Origin: Felis catus
Taxonomy: Eukaryota
Direction of reading: 5' to 3'
Length of the DNA: 64,000 nt
Assembly (NCBI RefSeq): GCF_018350175.1
Contig: NC_058368.1
Span: 26,662,001 to 26,726,000 of the forward strand
Made by a program: the position numbers and the translations under genes. Numbering within the stretch: position 1 is the stretch's first letter; every line of letters starts with the position of its first letter. The notes beneath the pieces were generated by a model. It was not told the DNA's origin and ran no database searches. It worked only from the letters and a program-made list of their open reading frames with translations. This document shows positions 37,155 through 51,204 of the stretch, piece after piece.

Positions 37155-37500
37155 TACTTTATTTCTCAGAGCAGGTTTTGGTTTTCAGAAAAATTGCACA
37201 GAGAGTGCAGAGGGTTCCCGTATACTTTCTCCAGTTAGTTTCCCATTATTAGCATTTTGCATTAGTGTGGCACATTTGTTGTAACTGATGAACCAATAGT
37301 AATACATGAGAATAACTAAAGCTCATGGCTTACATTAGGGTTCAGTCTTTGTATTGTACATCCTATGGATTTTGACAAATGCGTGATGTCTCGTATCCAC
37401 CATTATGGTATCATACAGAATAGATTCACTTGCCCAAATTTTCCTGTGCTCCACCTAGTCACCTCTCTTTCCTTACTCCCAACCTCTGCCAACTCCTGGA
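37155..37500 (-). mobile_element. L1MC-like 3' end
   Basis: AGAGCAGGTTTTGGTTTTCAGAAAAATTG...GATGAACC...TACATTAGGGTTCA...CACCATTATGGTATCATACAGAATAG. Confidence 0.75.
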
Positions 37501-38989
37501 GTGTTTTAATTTTATGTGACTAGGTGACTAGATGCTTCCTAGGACAAATATGAGAAAGCCCATGTGTGAGTTTCCTGCTGCTCCTCACGCACTGTCTTCA
37601 GGCTGAATGTTCTTGCCTTTCAGAGCTATTAAGGAACTGCAGCACATTTCTTGGGTTTAAAAAAAGAAAGAAGAAAAAAACCACTTCACCTAATAATGTT
37701 CCATCTCGTTCTCCTTTCAAAAAGATTGCTTCGTTCCTAATTATCACCCAGCTGTGGTCCCAGAGGCTGACGTCGGAAAGCTGTGATGAATAGAGGGACT
37801 CACTGGGAAATCGTTTCTCACAGAGATTCATTTCCTCCTTCTAGGGCTCTCCCCACTCCCACTTTTTTTCCCCTCATCTTCATTTTCTAACAAGCTTGAG
37901 TTATTGAGATTTCTAAACCTGTTTTTATGCAATGCCATGTTAATTAAGAAACAGCCACAAGCAAATTGATTTTCCCAGTCAATTCTGGGAGGAAGCTGTG
38001 CTTGAAAGTCTCCAAATCATACATGCTCTAGTAGGAGTACTAGGGACAGGAGGTCAGGAATAGGGAGAGCCACAAAAGCCCAGGTGTCTTTCTGTGGGAA
38101 TGGGGACCGGGGAATTGCCAAGTGAATGAGTTGTCTTTCCTGATAAGGAGAGGGTCTCTATCCTATTTAATACCTATGAAGGGACTGAAATGTTGTAAGG
38201 GCGAGTAAGGCTTTGTGGTCTTCAGCTTAGCTCCTGGTGGGGGTGAGGGTGGGGGAGGTACCTCCTTCCTTTACTCATATGACCACCAGCATTGGATCCT
38301 TCCATTAGTCTTCAGTACTAGGCTCTCTCTTTGGAGAAGCTTGGCAGTTATGAAATCACAGCTATTGCTAACTGCAAAGAAGTCTACTGAGTGGTAAGGA
38401 AGAAGATAATGTATTCATGAGAGGAAATTATTTACGTTCATTGTATACATCAAGTTCGTAAGAATGGTTTGTTTCCCCAAATTGCTTGCCATTTCCCCAG
38501 CACATAATTCATTCTTTCTTTCACATATGTTTTCCATGTGCTCATCCCAATGTCCGTGTTCCCATTTCATTCTTTCTCTTCTTTCTCAGTGGCATCTTCT
38601 CTGTGGCCCCAGGGAGTGAGTCACTCCTTGTTCATTTTTCCCATAGTTCCCTACATAATTTTAATATAACACTTTTCACTCCTCTACTAAGTAAGAAGTC
38701 CTTTCTTAAAGGCAAGAGTTTCATGGAGAGCTCCACAATCCATAGTTAGGAGCTCCAGAAATTATTGATTGCAAGAATGAGCTTAGATCTTTTAGCTCAT
38801 ATAGTACAGCAGGAGTCCTGGCTTGGGTGCAGCTGTGGGGACCCTATGGCCACTCTGGCATGTCTGGAGGATAAGTGGAACCAGCACACTACGGGCTGTT
38901 TTTATGAGGACGGAGAATCTCTGGGGAAAGAATTAGTACTACAAGACTCTTTCCTGGAAAGACCTAATCTCTCTTGCCTCCAGGCCACT

Positions 38990-39900
38990 ACACATGCTGA
39001 GCACATGTTCTGCCTGAAACTCTTCCTCCACCTCTGTCCTGAGCTAATTTCATTTATGTCGCAGAGCTGAGTTTAAATCTCATTTCCTTAGGAAGTCTTT
39101 GCTAGCCACCCGGACCATAAGCCTCCCTCGTTCGTCCCCCCTAAAGCTTGCTGATCAGTACCCACATCATGCTTAGTTCTTGTCCAGTGTCTGTCCTACT
39201 TGCTCATAAATTTCTTGAAGTCAGGACCATCCCTGTTTTGTTTACTGCTTTACCCCAGAATCTGGCCCAGTTCCTATGCACAACAGTGACTCAAAAATAT
39301 TTGTTAAATAAACAAATGAGTATATGCAAATACTCCACTTGAGAGACTCATAAGCACATCAAACTGAATATGTTGCAGACTTCTGATTTTCCCCTCTGAA
39401 GTCTATTCTTCATCTTCCTCATTTTAATAAACGCACCCATATTTATCCAGCTGTTTAGCCCAGAAACTTGGTAGTTGGTCTCGATTCTTCTTCTCTTTTA
39501 CCACACCCCCATATTGAGTCCATTAGCAAATCCTTCCAGAATACATCTTCCATTTCCTTATAGCCATCCCCAGTGTCACCGTCCTCCTTCAAGCCACCGT
39601 TGTCTCTCACCTGGATGACTGCAAATCACTGCCTCTTTGCACTCTGTTCCCTCCTATTGCTATGTAAACTGCTAAATGACTACCAACTCCCCACAGAGCA
39701 GTCAAGGTGACCTTTGCAAAATGTAAAGACAACTATCCCATTGCTCTGTTCTTTAAGGGCTACCCCAGTATATTCACAACCCCAAATGTAGCCCAGCCAT
39801 TCCTTACTGCTCCAATCCTACCTCCTGCTGCCTCTCTCACTCAGCTCCAGTCACGCTCACTCTAAGCTTACTTTAGGTCATGGAATGGACCATGCTTCAA
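38990..39900 (+). mobile_element. LINE-2 fragments
   Basis: TGACTCAAAAATATTTGTTAAATAAACAAATGA (L2 3' end) and CATCAAACTGAATATG...CCCAGAAACTTGG...TCTCACCTGGATGACTGC. Confidence 0.65.
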
Positions 39901-39903
39901 CTC

Positions 39904-40118
39904 TTTTTTTTTTTTTTTTAAGAGAGAGAGCGCAAGTAGGTGGTGGGGCAGAGGGAGAGGGAGAGACATTCTCAAGCAGGCTCCACACCCAGTGCAAAGC
40001 CCAATGTGGGGCTGGATCTCACAACCATGAGACCATGACCTGAAATCAACAGTGGGAAATCAACCATGAGACCATGACCTGAAATCAAATTAACCCACTG
40101 AGCCACTCAGGTGACCCC
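39904..40118 (-). mobile_element. Older Can-SINE with internal duplication
   Basis: T tail, SINE body, CCACTGAGCCACTCAGGTGACCCC head. Confidence 0.88.
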
Positions 40119-41560
40119 AGTTCTTGATCTTCATTATAACACCTCAATTATTTACTTCTTAGCATTTCATACAGAGAGTTACACATTTACTAATTTGTCA
40201 TGGTGCTTGTTTTGCACATAATTGTTCACCATGAGCATGTGGTCGGCATGTAACAGTTATTCAATAAACATTTATTGGCTGAAAGAACACGAACAAAGCT
40301 CAATGGCAATGGAGTGGGGATAGAACAGAAGGGCAGTTCTGAGAACGGTATAGGATCTGTTGCAACTACATGCAGTGGCCCAGACATCAGTTCCCTCTGC
40401 CTTGGTAACCATGAGCCTTGTTGTGGACATCAGCAACAATCTGCTTCTCTCTGAGCAATGGAGGCCAACCCCTCACCCGAGGCACAGGAGAGACAGATGC
40501 AGCACCATGGAAGGCTAAACATGCTGGGGTCCCATCAGGGCCAAGAAATTTAGTTTTTTGAACCCTTGAGTGGTGCCACGTGGGAAGAATTTGGGCCTTG
40601 CTAGGACCCAAAAGGGAAGAATTTTAGGGGGTTGAAGATTCTACAGAGTGAGCAAGGGTAGAGCTAGAAAAATGCCATTTTGTGAGCATTGTGGCCAGGC
40701 ACATGTAGGTTTTGACTCGTTTAAGCCTTGTCTCTCAATAAGTAACTTATTTGTGGTTTGATTTTTACCTTCAAGACAGAGTAGGCAGCATTAATAATCA
40801 CTCGTATCAATAGTGGTGGAAGAAGTCTCAGGGAGTTAAACAAAACCTCAGTCCCACTGGTGGGAGTGGTTGCAATTTTATGAAGTCACTTTGGAAGTAC
40901 ATTAAAAAGCAGACACAAAAGGTCTTTCAGCCATGTTCCAGCTGCTGTAGAAACCCTTCAGGTATTTATGTCAATGAGTACATTAACAGTCTTAATAGGT
41001 CACAGGTGGCTGCATTTTTTATTTTTTTAAAGCATTCTTACAAGGCGATCCAATTTAAGTGTACATTTGGGCCAAATTCTCATCCTTTATGGCTCTATGG
41101 GGGCATGAATTCATTAGAGAAAAGGCATAGAGTTCTTTAAAAGGAAGAACTGTCTACCAGTTAATGAGTCGGCCTAAAATATTAGGAACTCTATATCCTG
41201 TTTCCACTCCTTTCATTGTCACGTTATTTCCTTCAGTGGGACCTGGTTTTCCTCAGGGCTGGTGTATCTTGTTGTCCTCCCTAACATGGATTCTAGGTCA
41301 GGAAAGTGAGATCACATGAAAACCAACATGGATTAGTCTTGCTCAATATCCAGCCTCTTCAGGCTTCCTCTCCCTCTGTAAATGAGGCTACATAAGCCCA
41401 GGCCTTTCTGTCTCCTACCCAAGAACCAGTCTCCACTTCTTGGGCCAGCTCTGAAAAATGGGCTTCTTCCTCATCCCTTGTGCCCAAGTTTCTGTACCGG
41501 GAACCTGATGCTACCATTGTCTCTCTTTTTCGAATTTTTTTTTTCTTAAAGAATTCATTT

Positions 41561-41756
41561 TTTTAATATTTCTAATTTTTATTTAAATTTTAGTTAGTTA
41601 ACCTCTAGGGTAATATTAGTTTCAGTAGAATTTAGTGATTCATCACTTACGTATAACACCCAGTGCTTATTGCGGGAAGTGTCCTCCTTAGTACCCATCG
41701 CTCATTTAACCCACCCCCCTGCCCACCTTGCCTCCAGCAGCCCTCAGTTTGTTCTC
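41561..41756 (-). mobile_element. Carnivore L1 3' end, inserted at the tail of an older L1MB fragment (to about 41995)
   Basis: TAGTTAAC...GTGATTCATCACTTAC...ACACCCAGTGC...CCCTCAGTTTGTTCTC; TSD AAA(G/A)AATTCATTT at 41548-41560 and 41758-41770. Confidence 0.85.
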
Positions 41757-43300
41757 AAAAAATTCATTTATTATGGTAAAATATACATGACATGAGATTT
41801 CCCATTTGAACCATTTTGAAGTGCACAGTCCATTCACATTGTAAGTTCAATCACATTGTTGTACAACTGTCACTACTATCCTTCTCCAGAACCTGTTCAT
41901 CATCCCAAACTGAAACTCTGTACCCATGAAACACGAATTCCTCATTCTCTTACCCCCGGAGTTACCCCCAGGTAACTCCTCTTTTACTTTCTAGACAGTC
42001 TTGCACTGAGTCTTGCCTTGATCTTGCCTGCCCACCTCTTCATTCCCTAGCCACAAGGACAGGTCAGAGACCAGAAGGTTATTTTTGAACTTTGATATGA
42101 GAGATGAAGCCCTGCGACTTGCTAAGAAATTTTTTATGTTTTCTGCCTGAGTGGAATTCTGAGTATCCCTTCAGACCTCAGTCTTCACTGCCTGTCTCTG
42201 CCTGTCTCTCATGGTTTCCCTACTCTTTTTTCTTGAGTTCCCTACCCTTCAACACATTTTTCCTACCTCCGATCCCCCTTTCCCCATGTCTGGGGCTTAT
42301 TTCTATACTCTCTGAAGCAGTGTCCTATCTTCCAAACTACACTTCTCCTCAGCACCAGTAGCTGGACCCTTCTCCCTAATCCCTTCTTCTAAATCTTCAT
42401 CCTTCCCAGCATGCTCTTCCAAGGCTACCTGGCGGCCTCTTGAGGCAAGAGAACATTGCCATTCAGTGATGGTCACAGGGAGACAACACCATGGACTCTG
42501 CAACCTCCTGTAGTATAAAGCTCTATGTCTTTTGAGAGGACACAGGTTCAAGTTCAGAATTAGCAGCAAAAGGCAATGAGATTTGACAAAGTACTACACA
42601 GGGAAAACAGCACTCAGGCAACATAAATGAAATGAGTTTTCATGGATTGCAATGACCCAATATGAAATCTCATTTCAAACATAGATTTAAAAGACTGACT
42701 TCAAATGTCATTAGCTCCATTTCCCCAGGCCCCTCACACCATGGTGTGAAATGTGAATCTCTTTGCCAATACCCTCAACAAGGATAGGAGCTAAATACAT
42801 CTCCTAGTATCCCATTGTACCTCAACAGGTTAGATTATTCAAGCTCAAGGTCCTATTCTGAAGAAAAGCTTGTTCATCCAATGTAGAGTATCATTCCTCT
42901 CTTCTATTAAAGACTGATTCAGCTAAAGGATTAGTTTCTATACCATTTTAATAGTAGGTATTTTTAGAAGTCAGTGAAATATTACTGTGAGGTTGAAAAT
43001 AATGACCCAATTCCTCATCACCTTCAAGACAAATGACACATATTAAGACCTACCTCCCTGAGAAGAGAGATGAAGTAGAATTAGATGTTCATAATAACTT
43101 AGAATTCTCAAGTACTTCATTTTTCAGTGAACCTTTAAAAATAGTTCAGGGAGCCTATTTAAAATAGCATTTGGGTCGTCTATAACAGTCTAGTACTCTA
43201 CCATGTGTCACTCCTGGTCAGGACCAAGGCAAAACAGGGACAGCAACAGGGCCCAGGGTCTCAGCATCAGGCAGGTGAGTAAGAAGTTTAAAGCAGAATT

Positions 43301-43444
43301 TTCAGCTGTAAGACGGATAAGGTCTGAAGATCTAAAGTAAAACATGGTAACTATAGTTGATAACACTGTGTTATAAAATCGGAACTTGCTAAGAGAGGAG
43401 AATTTCAACGTTATCACAAAAAAAAAAAGATAATTTTTTTTAAA
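43301..43444 (+). mobile_element. L1MA-like 3' fragment
   Basis: GATCTAAAGTAAAACATGGTAACTATAGTTGATAACACTGTG...TTGCTAAGAGAG; TSD AAAGC(A/T)GAATT at 43290-43300 and 43445-43455. Confidence 0.75.
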
Positions 43445-44224
43445 AAAGCTGAATTACAGTGTGGAAGAAGAATCGCTTAAAACATAGAGCAACTTCTCAC
43501 CAGCTGGGCAGGAATCAGAGACAGAAAAGTCGGATCAGACTCAAACAGGAAGCAGAGACCGTGAAAGCCTAGATGCCTGCTGTCTGCTGACATGTCATAG
43601 AACAGGACCAAGACTTTCTCAAAACATTTAGCGGTAGAAAGGGTGTTAGATTTTAATTTGCAAGCCCAGGTTTAAGTTCCAACCCCATTACTTTTGAAAT
43701 ATGTATTTGGAGCAAATCACTTATCATCTCTGAACGTGTTTCTTTCTCTAGTTAGTAACCACACAGCTCACTTTTACCGAGTCCTTTTACGTATCAAATG
43801 AGTTGAGGCTTTGAGCACTAGAAGGTGTGGTATGGTCATAAAAGCTAGATTTTCCTGAAAGAAACAAATCTTGCAGGCTTTGAGAAGAAAAATCCAGCTA
43901 TTTGTTCCATAGGAGATGTCAGCTGTATCCAGAAAACTGAGTGGAGAGAGTTTGCATTTCCCTCTTCAGTTCTGTTCAAGAGTTCCATGTCATGTTTTTT
44001 CAGCTGCTAATCATGGATATTTCTGCCAAATATGTAACAATGATAGTGCTGGCTAAACCTTTTCTGGCTGCCACTTTAGCACTAAGCCAGCGCAGAGCCA
44101 AATAGTACACATTTTTCTGGAACATATCTGTGTGATATCAGTTAATTTTATCTCAGACTTTCTATGTAGATCTTCTCTGATCAGTCTTGTAATATTGCAG
44201 AAAAGAGAGAATTTTCATCTTTTT

Positions 44225-47200
44225 AGGAAACTTCATTTTTTAGACAGTTTTAGATTTATAGAACACTTGTAAAGGTAGCTCAGAGAGTTTCCATTTCCCC
44301 AAACCCAGTTTTCTCTGTTATTAACTTTCATATATTTGTTGCAATTTAAGGAGTCAACATTGAAACATTATTATTAAATAAGGTCTATATTGAGTGAGTT
44401 TTCCTTAGTTTTCACCTTATGTCCTTTTTATGTTCCAGGGTCCCATCCAGGATACCACATTGTATTTTCTCATTTTTTCTCCTGAGGCCTCCATTAGCCG
44501 TGACAGTTTTTCACATTTTCCTTGTCTTCGATGGCCTTGACAGCTTTGAAAAATATTGGTCAGATGTTTTGCAGGCTGTCCCTTAGTTGGAATTTGTCTC
44601 ATTTTTCAGACAAGGACCATAGAGGTAAAAATACCATTTGCATCATATCATATTAAGGGTGCATTCTATCAACATGACTTATTGTTGCTGTTCATCTTGA
44701 TCACCTGACTGAGGTAGTGTTTGTCAGCCTTCTGTACTGTAAAGTTATTTTTTTGTTCCTCCTTTTCACACTGTACGCTTCTTAAGGAAGGCACTATGTG
44801 CAGACTGCACAGCCTCACTTAAGGAATGAGGAGTTATGCCTCACTTCCTTGAGGACGGGGTATCTACATAAGTTATTTGGAATTCTTATGTGTGGGAGAT
44901 ATTTCTCCTCCATTTCAATTATTACTTACTCAATTATTTACATCAGTATGGACACGTGGGCATTTATTTCATACTTTGGACTACAATCCAATGTTACTTC
45001 GAGTTTTTGCCCAAATTGTTCCAGCTTTAGAACTCTTTCAGTTGGCTCCTGAATCTCTTTGCAGTATCTCCCTCATTATGGGATTTTGTTTACTTTGTTT
45101 GGGTTTCTGGTTTTTGAACACTTCCTGGCACTGTAAAATGCTCCAAGCTTATTTCCTGGTGCAGCCCTAGAGTCAGCCATTTCTCCAAAGAGTCCTGGCT
45201 CTTCTTATTGGAGAATGGCATTTAGAAACCAAGATCTGGGTGATAGGTGTGCTTGTTGCTATGGAGTGTTGGTGCTTCTGGGAACTCCCAGCTGACAGCA
45301 CAAGGGAGTATATGCGTATATATTAACCCATGTATTTACACATCTCTAAAAATATTTTTATATATAATTGCCTTTATCTATATTAAGCTAAACATGAGTT
45401 CATATTGGCATCTCCAACCCCAGTCCATTATCACATGGATCATTGTGATCTCCTCCACTTGCTTATTTGTCAGTTTCCATTCTAACAGTATGAAGCCTTG
45501 CTTGTTCAGTTCCAGTATATATGTATAGTAGTTTCAGAATTATTAACCCATCCTTTAATGGGGAACAACCTTACCAACTAGAGTACAATGCTTGTGTACA
45601 GTTTCTTTTGCTTTGAAATCTTACGGACGCTGTTCATTCTGTATATTACTTAGGTCAACACCTTTTCCCCACCTCCCTTGGTGAGGTTGTTTCATACGCT
45701 GTAACACAGTTCAATTCTCTTATGATAGTCTACATTCCTCCCTGGTATCCTTTGACATATAAATGGTTTCTTAAACTTTTACACAAACTAAGTTTCATTC
45801 TTCACGCTATAAATTTCAATGGATCTGGACAAGTGGATAGTGCTATATCCACAATTTCAGTATCATACAGAATAGTTTCACCACCCTAAAATATCCCTTG
45901 TATTGCATATATTCAACACTACCCCCCCCCACCACACCCCTGAGCCTTTGGTGACAACTCATCATTTTACTATCTCTATAATGTTGCCTTGTCAGAATAT
46001 TATATAGTTGGAATCATACAGTATAGAGTACTTTCAGGCTGTCTCTTTTTATAAAGCTCCATGCATTTAAAATACATCCATGTCTTTGTGTGCTTTGTTA
46101 GCACATTTCTTATTATGGCTGAATAATATTCCACTGCATGGATGTACCATAGTTTGTTTATCTATTCATCCAGTGACAAATATCTTGGTTATTTCCAGGT
46201 TTGGGTGATTATGAAAAAAAAGATGCTATAAGAATTCAGAAACAATCCAGTTTTAGCACATGTCCATCAACTAAAAAAATTCCTTTGAACTATTGGCAGT
46301 CTATCCCTGCTCTTTCCTTAATCCCAGGCAGTATCGTCTTTTTTAGAAATTATTTATAGATATAGTCATCATAGTCCAATGTGTCTGGCTTCTTTCATTT
46401 AGCATTATGTTTTTGATGTTCAGCCATGCTGTTGCATGTATCAGTAATCCATTCCTTTTTATTATTGTGCAGTATTCCATTGTCAAGATTTACCACATTT
46501 TTAATGCATTCACCAGTTGATGGACATTGCCATTTTTCTTGCTATTGTGAGTAATGCTACTATGACCATTCATGCATAAGTTTTTATGTAGACATATGTT
46601 CTCATTTCTCTTGGGTAGATATCTAGGAGTGGAACCGATGTTTGGTAAGGTCATATTTAACTTTTTAAGAAACTTTTGGTTTCCCAAGATGGTTGCACCA
46701 TTTTGTTTCCACCAGCAATGTCTGCGGGTTGCACTTCCTCCACATCCTCAGAAACACTTGGAATTCTTAGTCTTCTTGAGGTTAGCCATTCTAGCAGGCA
46801 TGAGGTGGTATCTTGTGGTTTTAACTTGCATTCCCTAATGACTAATGGCATTGAACATCATTTCATATATTTATTAGCCACTTGCCTATCTTCTTTGGAG
46901 AAATGCAAATTCAAATCATTGGCTCATCTTCTTTTCTTTTTTAAATTTAAATCCAAGTTAGTTAACATATAGTACAATAATAATTTCAGGAATAGAATTC
47001 AGTGATTCATCACTTACATATAACACTCAGTGCGTATCCCAACAAGTGTCCACCTTAATGCCCCTCACTCTTTTAGCCCCTCCCCCCAACACCCTGCCAG
47101 AAACCCTCAGTTTGTTCTCTGTATTTAAGAGTCTCTTATGCTTTGTTTCCCTCTCTGTGTTTATATAATTTTTGCTGCCTTATGTTCATCTGTTTTATAT

Positions 47201-50200
47201 CTTAAATTCCACATATGAATGAAATCCTATGAAATTTGTCTTTCCCTGACTGACTTATTTCATTTAGCATAATATACTCTAGTACTCTAGTTCCACGTTG
47301 TTGCAAATGGCAAGATTTCATTCTTTTTGATCACTGAGTAATATTTCATTGTGTATATATATACCACGTCTTCTTTATCCATTCATCAGTCGGTGGACAT
47401 TTGGGCTCTTTGCATAATTTGGCTATTGTTGATAATACTGCTATAAACATTGAGGTGCATTGCATTTGCTCATTTTCTTAATTTAATTTTTTTCTTTCCT
47501 ATTTGCTCATTTTTATGAGGGTTATTTGTCTTCTTATTATTGAATGGTAAAATGTATTTTTTCTATATAAAAGTCCTGTATCTGATAATGTTTTGTAAAT
47601 ATTTTCTCCCAATCTCTGTCTTGTCTTTTTATTTTCTTAGTGGTATCTTGTGAAGACCAAAAATTTTTTATTTTGATGAAGTCCAATTTATCAACTTTCT
47701 GATGGATGTGCTTTTGATGTCATTATGCAAGAAATATTTACTAACCCCAAATCACAAACATTTTTCTCCTGTGTATTCTTCTAAACAAAGTTATAGCTCT
47801 TACATTCACATCTATGATAATTGACTTAAAATTTGGGTTAGTTTTGGGGGGGGGTTGTTTGGGTTTTTTTTTTGCAAATGGATGGAGCTCCATTTGTTGA
47901 AAAGATTATGTCTCCCCATTGAATTACTTAGGCACATTTGTTGAAAATAAATTGACCATATATATGTAGGGCTTATTTTTGGACTGTTCTGCACTATTGA
48001 TCTTTATGTCTATCATTATGCCAATATCACACTGTCTTGCATACTATTACTTTGTGTTGAGTTTTGAAACCGGGCTGTGTGAGTCAACTTTGTTCCTCTT
48101 TCTCAAAATTACTTTGACTATTCTATGTTGTTTGCATTTACATATACATCCTAGGATCAGCTTATGGACAATTAATAAAGGAAGCCAGCTAGGATTTTGG
48201 TAGGGACTATTTTCAGTCTCCATATCAATTTGGGAAAACTTGATATCTTAACAATGTCAAATTTTCCAATCCATGAACATAGTACGTTTCTCACTTATTT
48301 AGGTCTTCTTTCATTTTGTTCCGTAATATAATATAATTTTCAATATATAGAGAGGTCTTATCTTCAACAAAATTATTCCTAAGTATTTTGTTCTTTTTGA
48401 TGTTATTGTGAATGGCATTTTTTATTAATTACAGTTTTAGATTGTTTGGTGCTGGTATATAGGAATACATTGCTGTTTGTATATTTAGGTAGTATCCTAT
48501 GACCTTGCTAAACTCTATTAATAGTTCTATTAGTCTTTTTCTTAGGGTCCTTAGAATTTTCTACACAAAAGATCATTTTGTCTGTGAATAAAACATTTTA
48601 CTTCTTCCTTTCTAATCCATATGCATTTAGTATCATGTTCTTGCCTTACTTCGCTGGCTAGAGCCTTTAATACAATAAATTTCTCCAATCTAAAAAAGAA
48701 AGAATTTAATCTTTCACCACTAAGTGTGATATCAACTGTGAGTTTTTTTTTTTAAATAGATACGCTTTATTAAGTTAATGCAGTTCTCTTTTCTTTCTAA
48801 TTTGTTGGGAGTTTTTAACATGTGTTGGGATTTTCCTTCCAATTTTTTTCTGCATCTGTTGAGTTGGGTTTTGCCCTTTATCCTCTTAATATTATGTATT
48901 ACATTGATTGATTTTTGATTTATTCTTGCAAATCCCACTTTTTCATTGTTTATAATCCTTTCCATACATTGATGGATTTGATTTGCCAATGTTCTGCTAA
49001 GGATTTTTGTGTTTATATTCATCGGGATTATTATTCCATAGTTTTATTTATTTATTTTTCTTCTGATACCATCATTATATCAATAGAAAAAGTATTACCT
49101 CCCCTATTTTCTGGGTTTGTATAGAATTTATGTTATTTTTTCCTTTAAATGCTTGATAGATTTTATGAGTAGAATCATTTGGGACTTGGCTTTCCTATGT
49201 GGAAAGAGTGTTATATATTAATTCAATTTCTTTACTTAATATATACATATATTCGGTTGCAATTTCTTTATGAGTCTGTTTTAGTAATTTGTGTATTTCT
49301 AGGAATTTTTCTATTAATTTATCAATTCATTTCATTTAAATTATCTAATCTGTTAGCATAAAGTTGTTTATAATATTCCCTTATAACTATTTTAATCTCT
49401 CTATGGTCTGTGTTATTGTGTCTCTTTTATCCTTGATTTTTGGAGTTTCTGTCTGCTTTTACCTTTTTCCTTGGTCAGGCTAGGTAGAGGTTTATCAATT
49501 TTGTTGATGTTTTCAAGGAACCACATTTTAATGTAACTGAAATTCTCTATTACGCTGCATTTTTCATTTTACTGATTTCCATTCAGATCTTTATTATTTC
49601 CTTCCTTCTACTCCCTTTGAATTTGGTTTGCTCTTCTTTTCCTGGCCTCATATCTTTGAAACTTGCTATAAGCCCCCCTTTAAGCACTATTTTAGCTGCA
49701 TTCCATAAATTTTGATTTTGTCTGCTCTCATTTTTTAATTAGGTCACAATATTTTCTAATTTCTGTTGTGGTTTCTTTTTTGACACATGGGCTATTTAGA
49801 AATATGCTACTAAATTTCCAAATATTTGAGGATTTTCCAAATTTCTTTTTGTTACTGATTTTTAATTTAGGTCCATTGGAGCAAGAGCATATACTTTGTA
49901 TGGTTTCAGTCCTATTCGTTATTATCTGTTTTATGGAGTTAGCCTATGATATATACTGAGAAATCTTCTACATGCACCTGAAAAGAATGCGCACCTTGTG
50001 GTTGGCGGTAGTATGTTTATATATGTCAACTAGACCAACTTGTTTAATATTGTTCAAATCCTCCTTACTGATTTTCTTTCTCATTCTATCCATTATGGGG
50101 AGAGGAGTATTTAAATCTCCAACCGTAATTGTTGATTTGTCTATTTCTACTATCATCTTGTCAGTTATTGCTACATGTACTCTGTGGCTTGGTCATGAGG

Positions 50201-50400
50201 AGCTTTACATTTATAATGGTTATATCTCCCTGTTTCCCTCTATCATTACGAAGATGACTATTACTACTACTGTCATTACCTTTTTTTCTCTAAGAATATT
50301 CCTTGTCTTAAAGTCTATGTTGTCTGATATTAGTACAGCCATTCCAGCTCCCTATGGTTACTGTTTGCATAGTATATATATCCAGAGATGTCCCTTGTAG
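44225..50400 (-). mobile_element. About 6-kb stack of antisense old L1s (L1MC/MD-like 3' part, then L1MB-like 3' UTR and decayed ORF2)
   Basis: ORF 48732-49022 (MNINTKILSRTLANQI...VGF, L1 RT region), ORF 49968-50156 (TVGDLNTPL, L1 endonuclease), ORFs 46490-46851 (ORF2 C-terminus); many stops and frameshifts. Confidence 0.88.
46934..47462 (-). mobile_element. Carnivore L1 3' end (about 530 bp) nested in the older L1
   Basis: AAGTTAGTTAACATATAGT...GTGATTCATCACTTAC...GTATTTAAGAGTCTCTTATG...GTTGCAAATGGCAAGATTTCATTC; imperfect 17-bp TSD at 46917-46933 and 47463-47479. Confidence 0.88.
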
Positions 50401-50624
50401 CATAAACCTGCCATAATTTACCTTTTGTTTCTCTATTGTTGGGCATTTATATTACACATTGTTCTGTGGATAGTTATCCTCCAGATATTCAATTTTTTTA
50501 GAATAAGAAATTCTTTTCCAGCCCTCAAACAAGAGATGCTTCAGACTTCTTCCATGATTATATGGGCATAATTGTTATCCCTGGGAAATTATAAATTAAT
50601 GACAATAAATTATTTTAAGGGAAT

Positions 50625-50800
50625 TGTATGATATGCTTTCTACTTATAATTTAACATAATCCTTAAAACAATTCGGTCATGTAGATATTTTATTCTTTTT
50701 TTACAGGTGAATAAACTGAGGATCATAGAGATTAAGTAACTGACTCAGGCATAAAAAACAAGCATTCAGTGAAGGAGCCCATCCTGTTAGACTCCATATG
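50625..50800 (-). mobile_element. MIR
   Basis: TAATCCTTAAAACAA...TTTTACAGGTGAATAAACTGAGGATCATAGAGATTAAGTAACTGACTCAGG. Confidence 0.7.
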
Positions 50801-51161
50801 ATACCGTGAAGTTTTCTTCAACCCCCTTCTCTCTCCTTCTCTCCATGCTCTCCACTCTCACAATCTTTTCTCCTAACATTCCCACATCCCTTTCAGGTAT
50901 GAAGTGGTCCAGAACAAGTTATCTGCCTTTTTTTTTTTTTTTCCTTTTGGTCAGGGCCAGAGACTATGGTAAACTCATTCACAGTTATTCATAATTGATG
51001 ATGGGCTGCTTTATATAAGGATATGATAAAGAATGAGAACTTTCTCCCATTCATATTTTATCCTATTTTCTTACATTATCTCTAATTGCACTGGTGGCAG
51101 ATCAGGAAGAGAGACATGAGAGGAGGACTGAAGAGAGGAGTTGTTTTTGTTGTTGCTATTA

Positions 51162-51162
<1 letters not shown>

Positions 51163-51204
<42 letters not shown>
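51163..51204. repeat. (TG)16(CG)4 microsatellite
   Basis: Seen directly. Confidence 0.95.

Noticed and set aside
40498..40518. REST/RE1-like CAGCACCATGGAAGG
   Set aside because: The critical right half-site GGACAG is mismatched
43272..43280. Perfect splice donor CAG/GTGAGT
   Set aside because: No convincing upstream acceptor or coding frame; isolated donors are expected by chance
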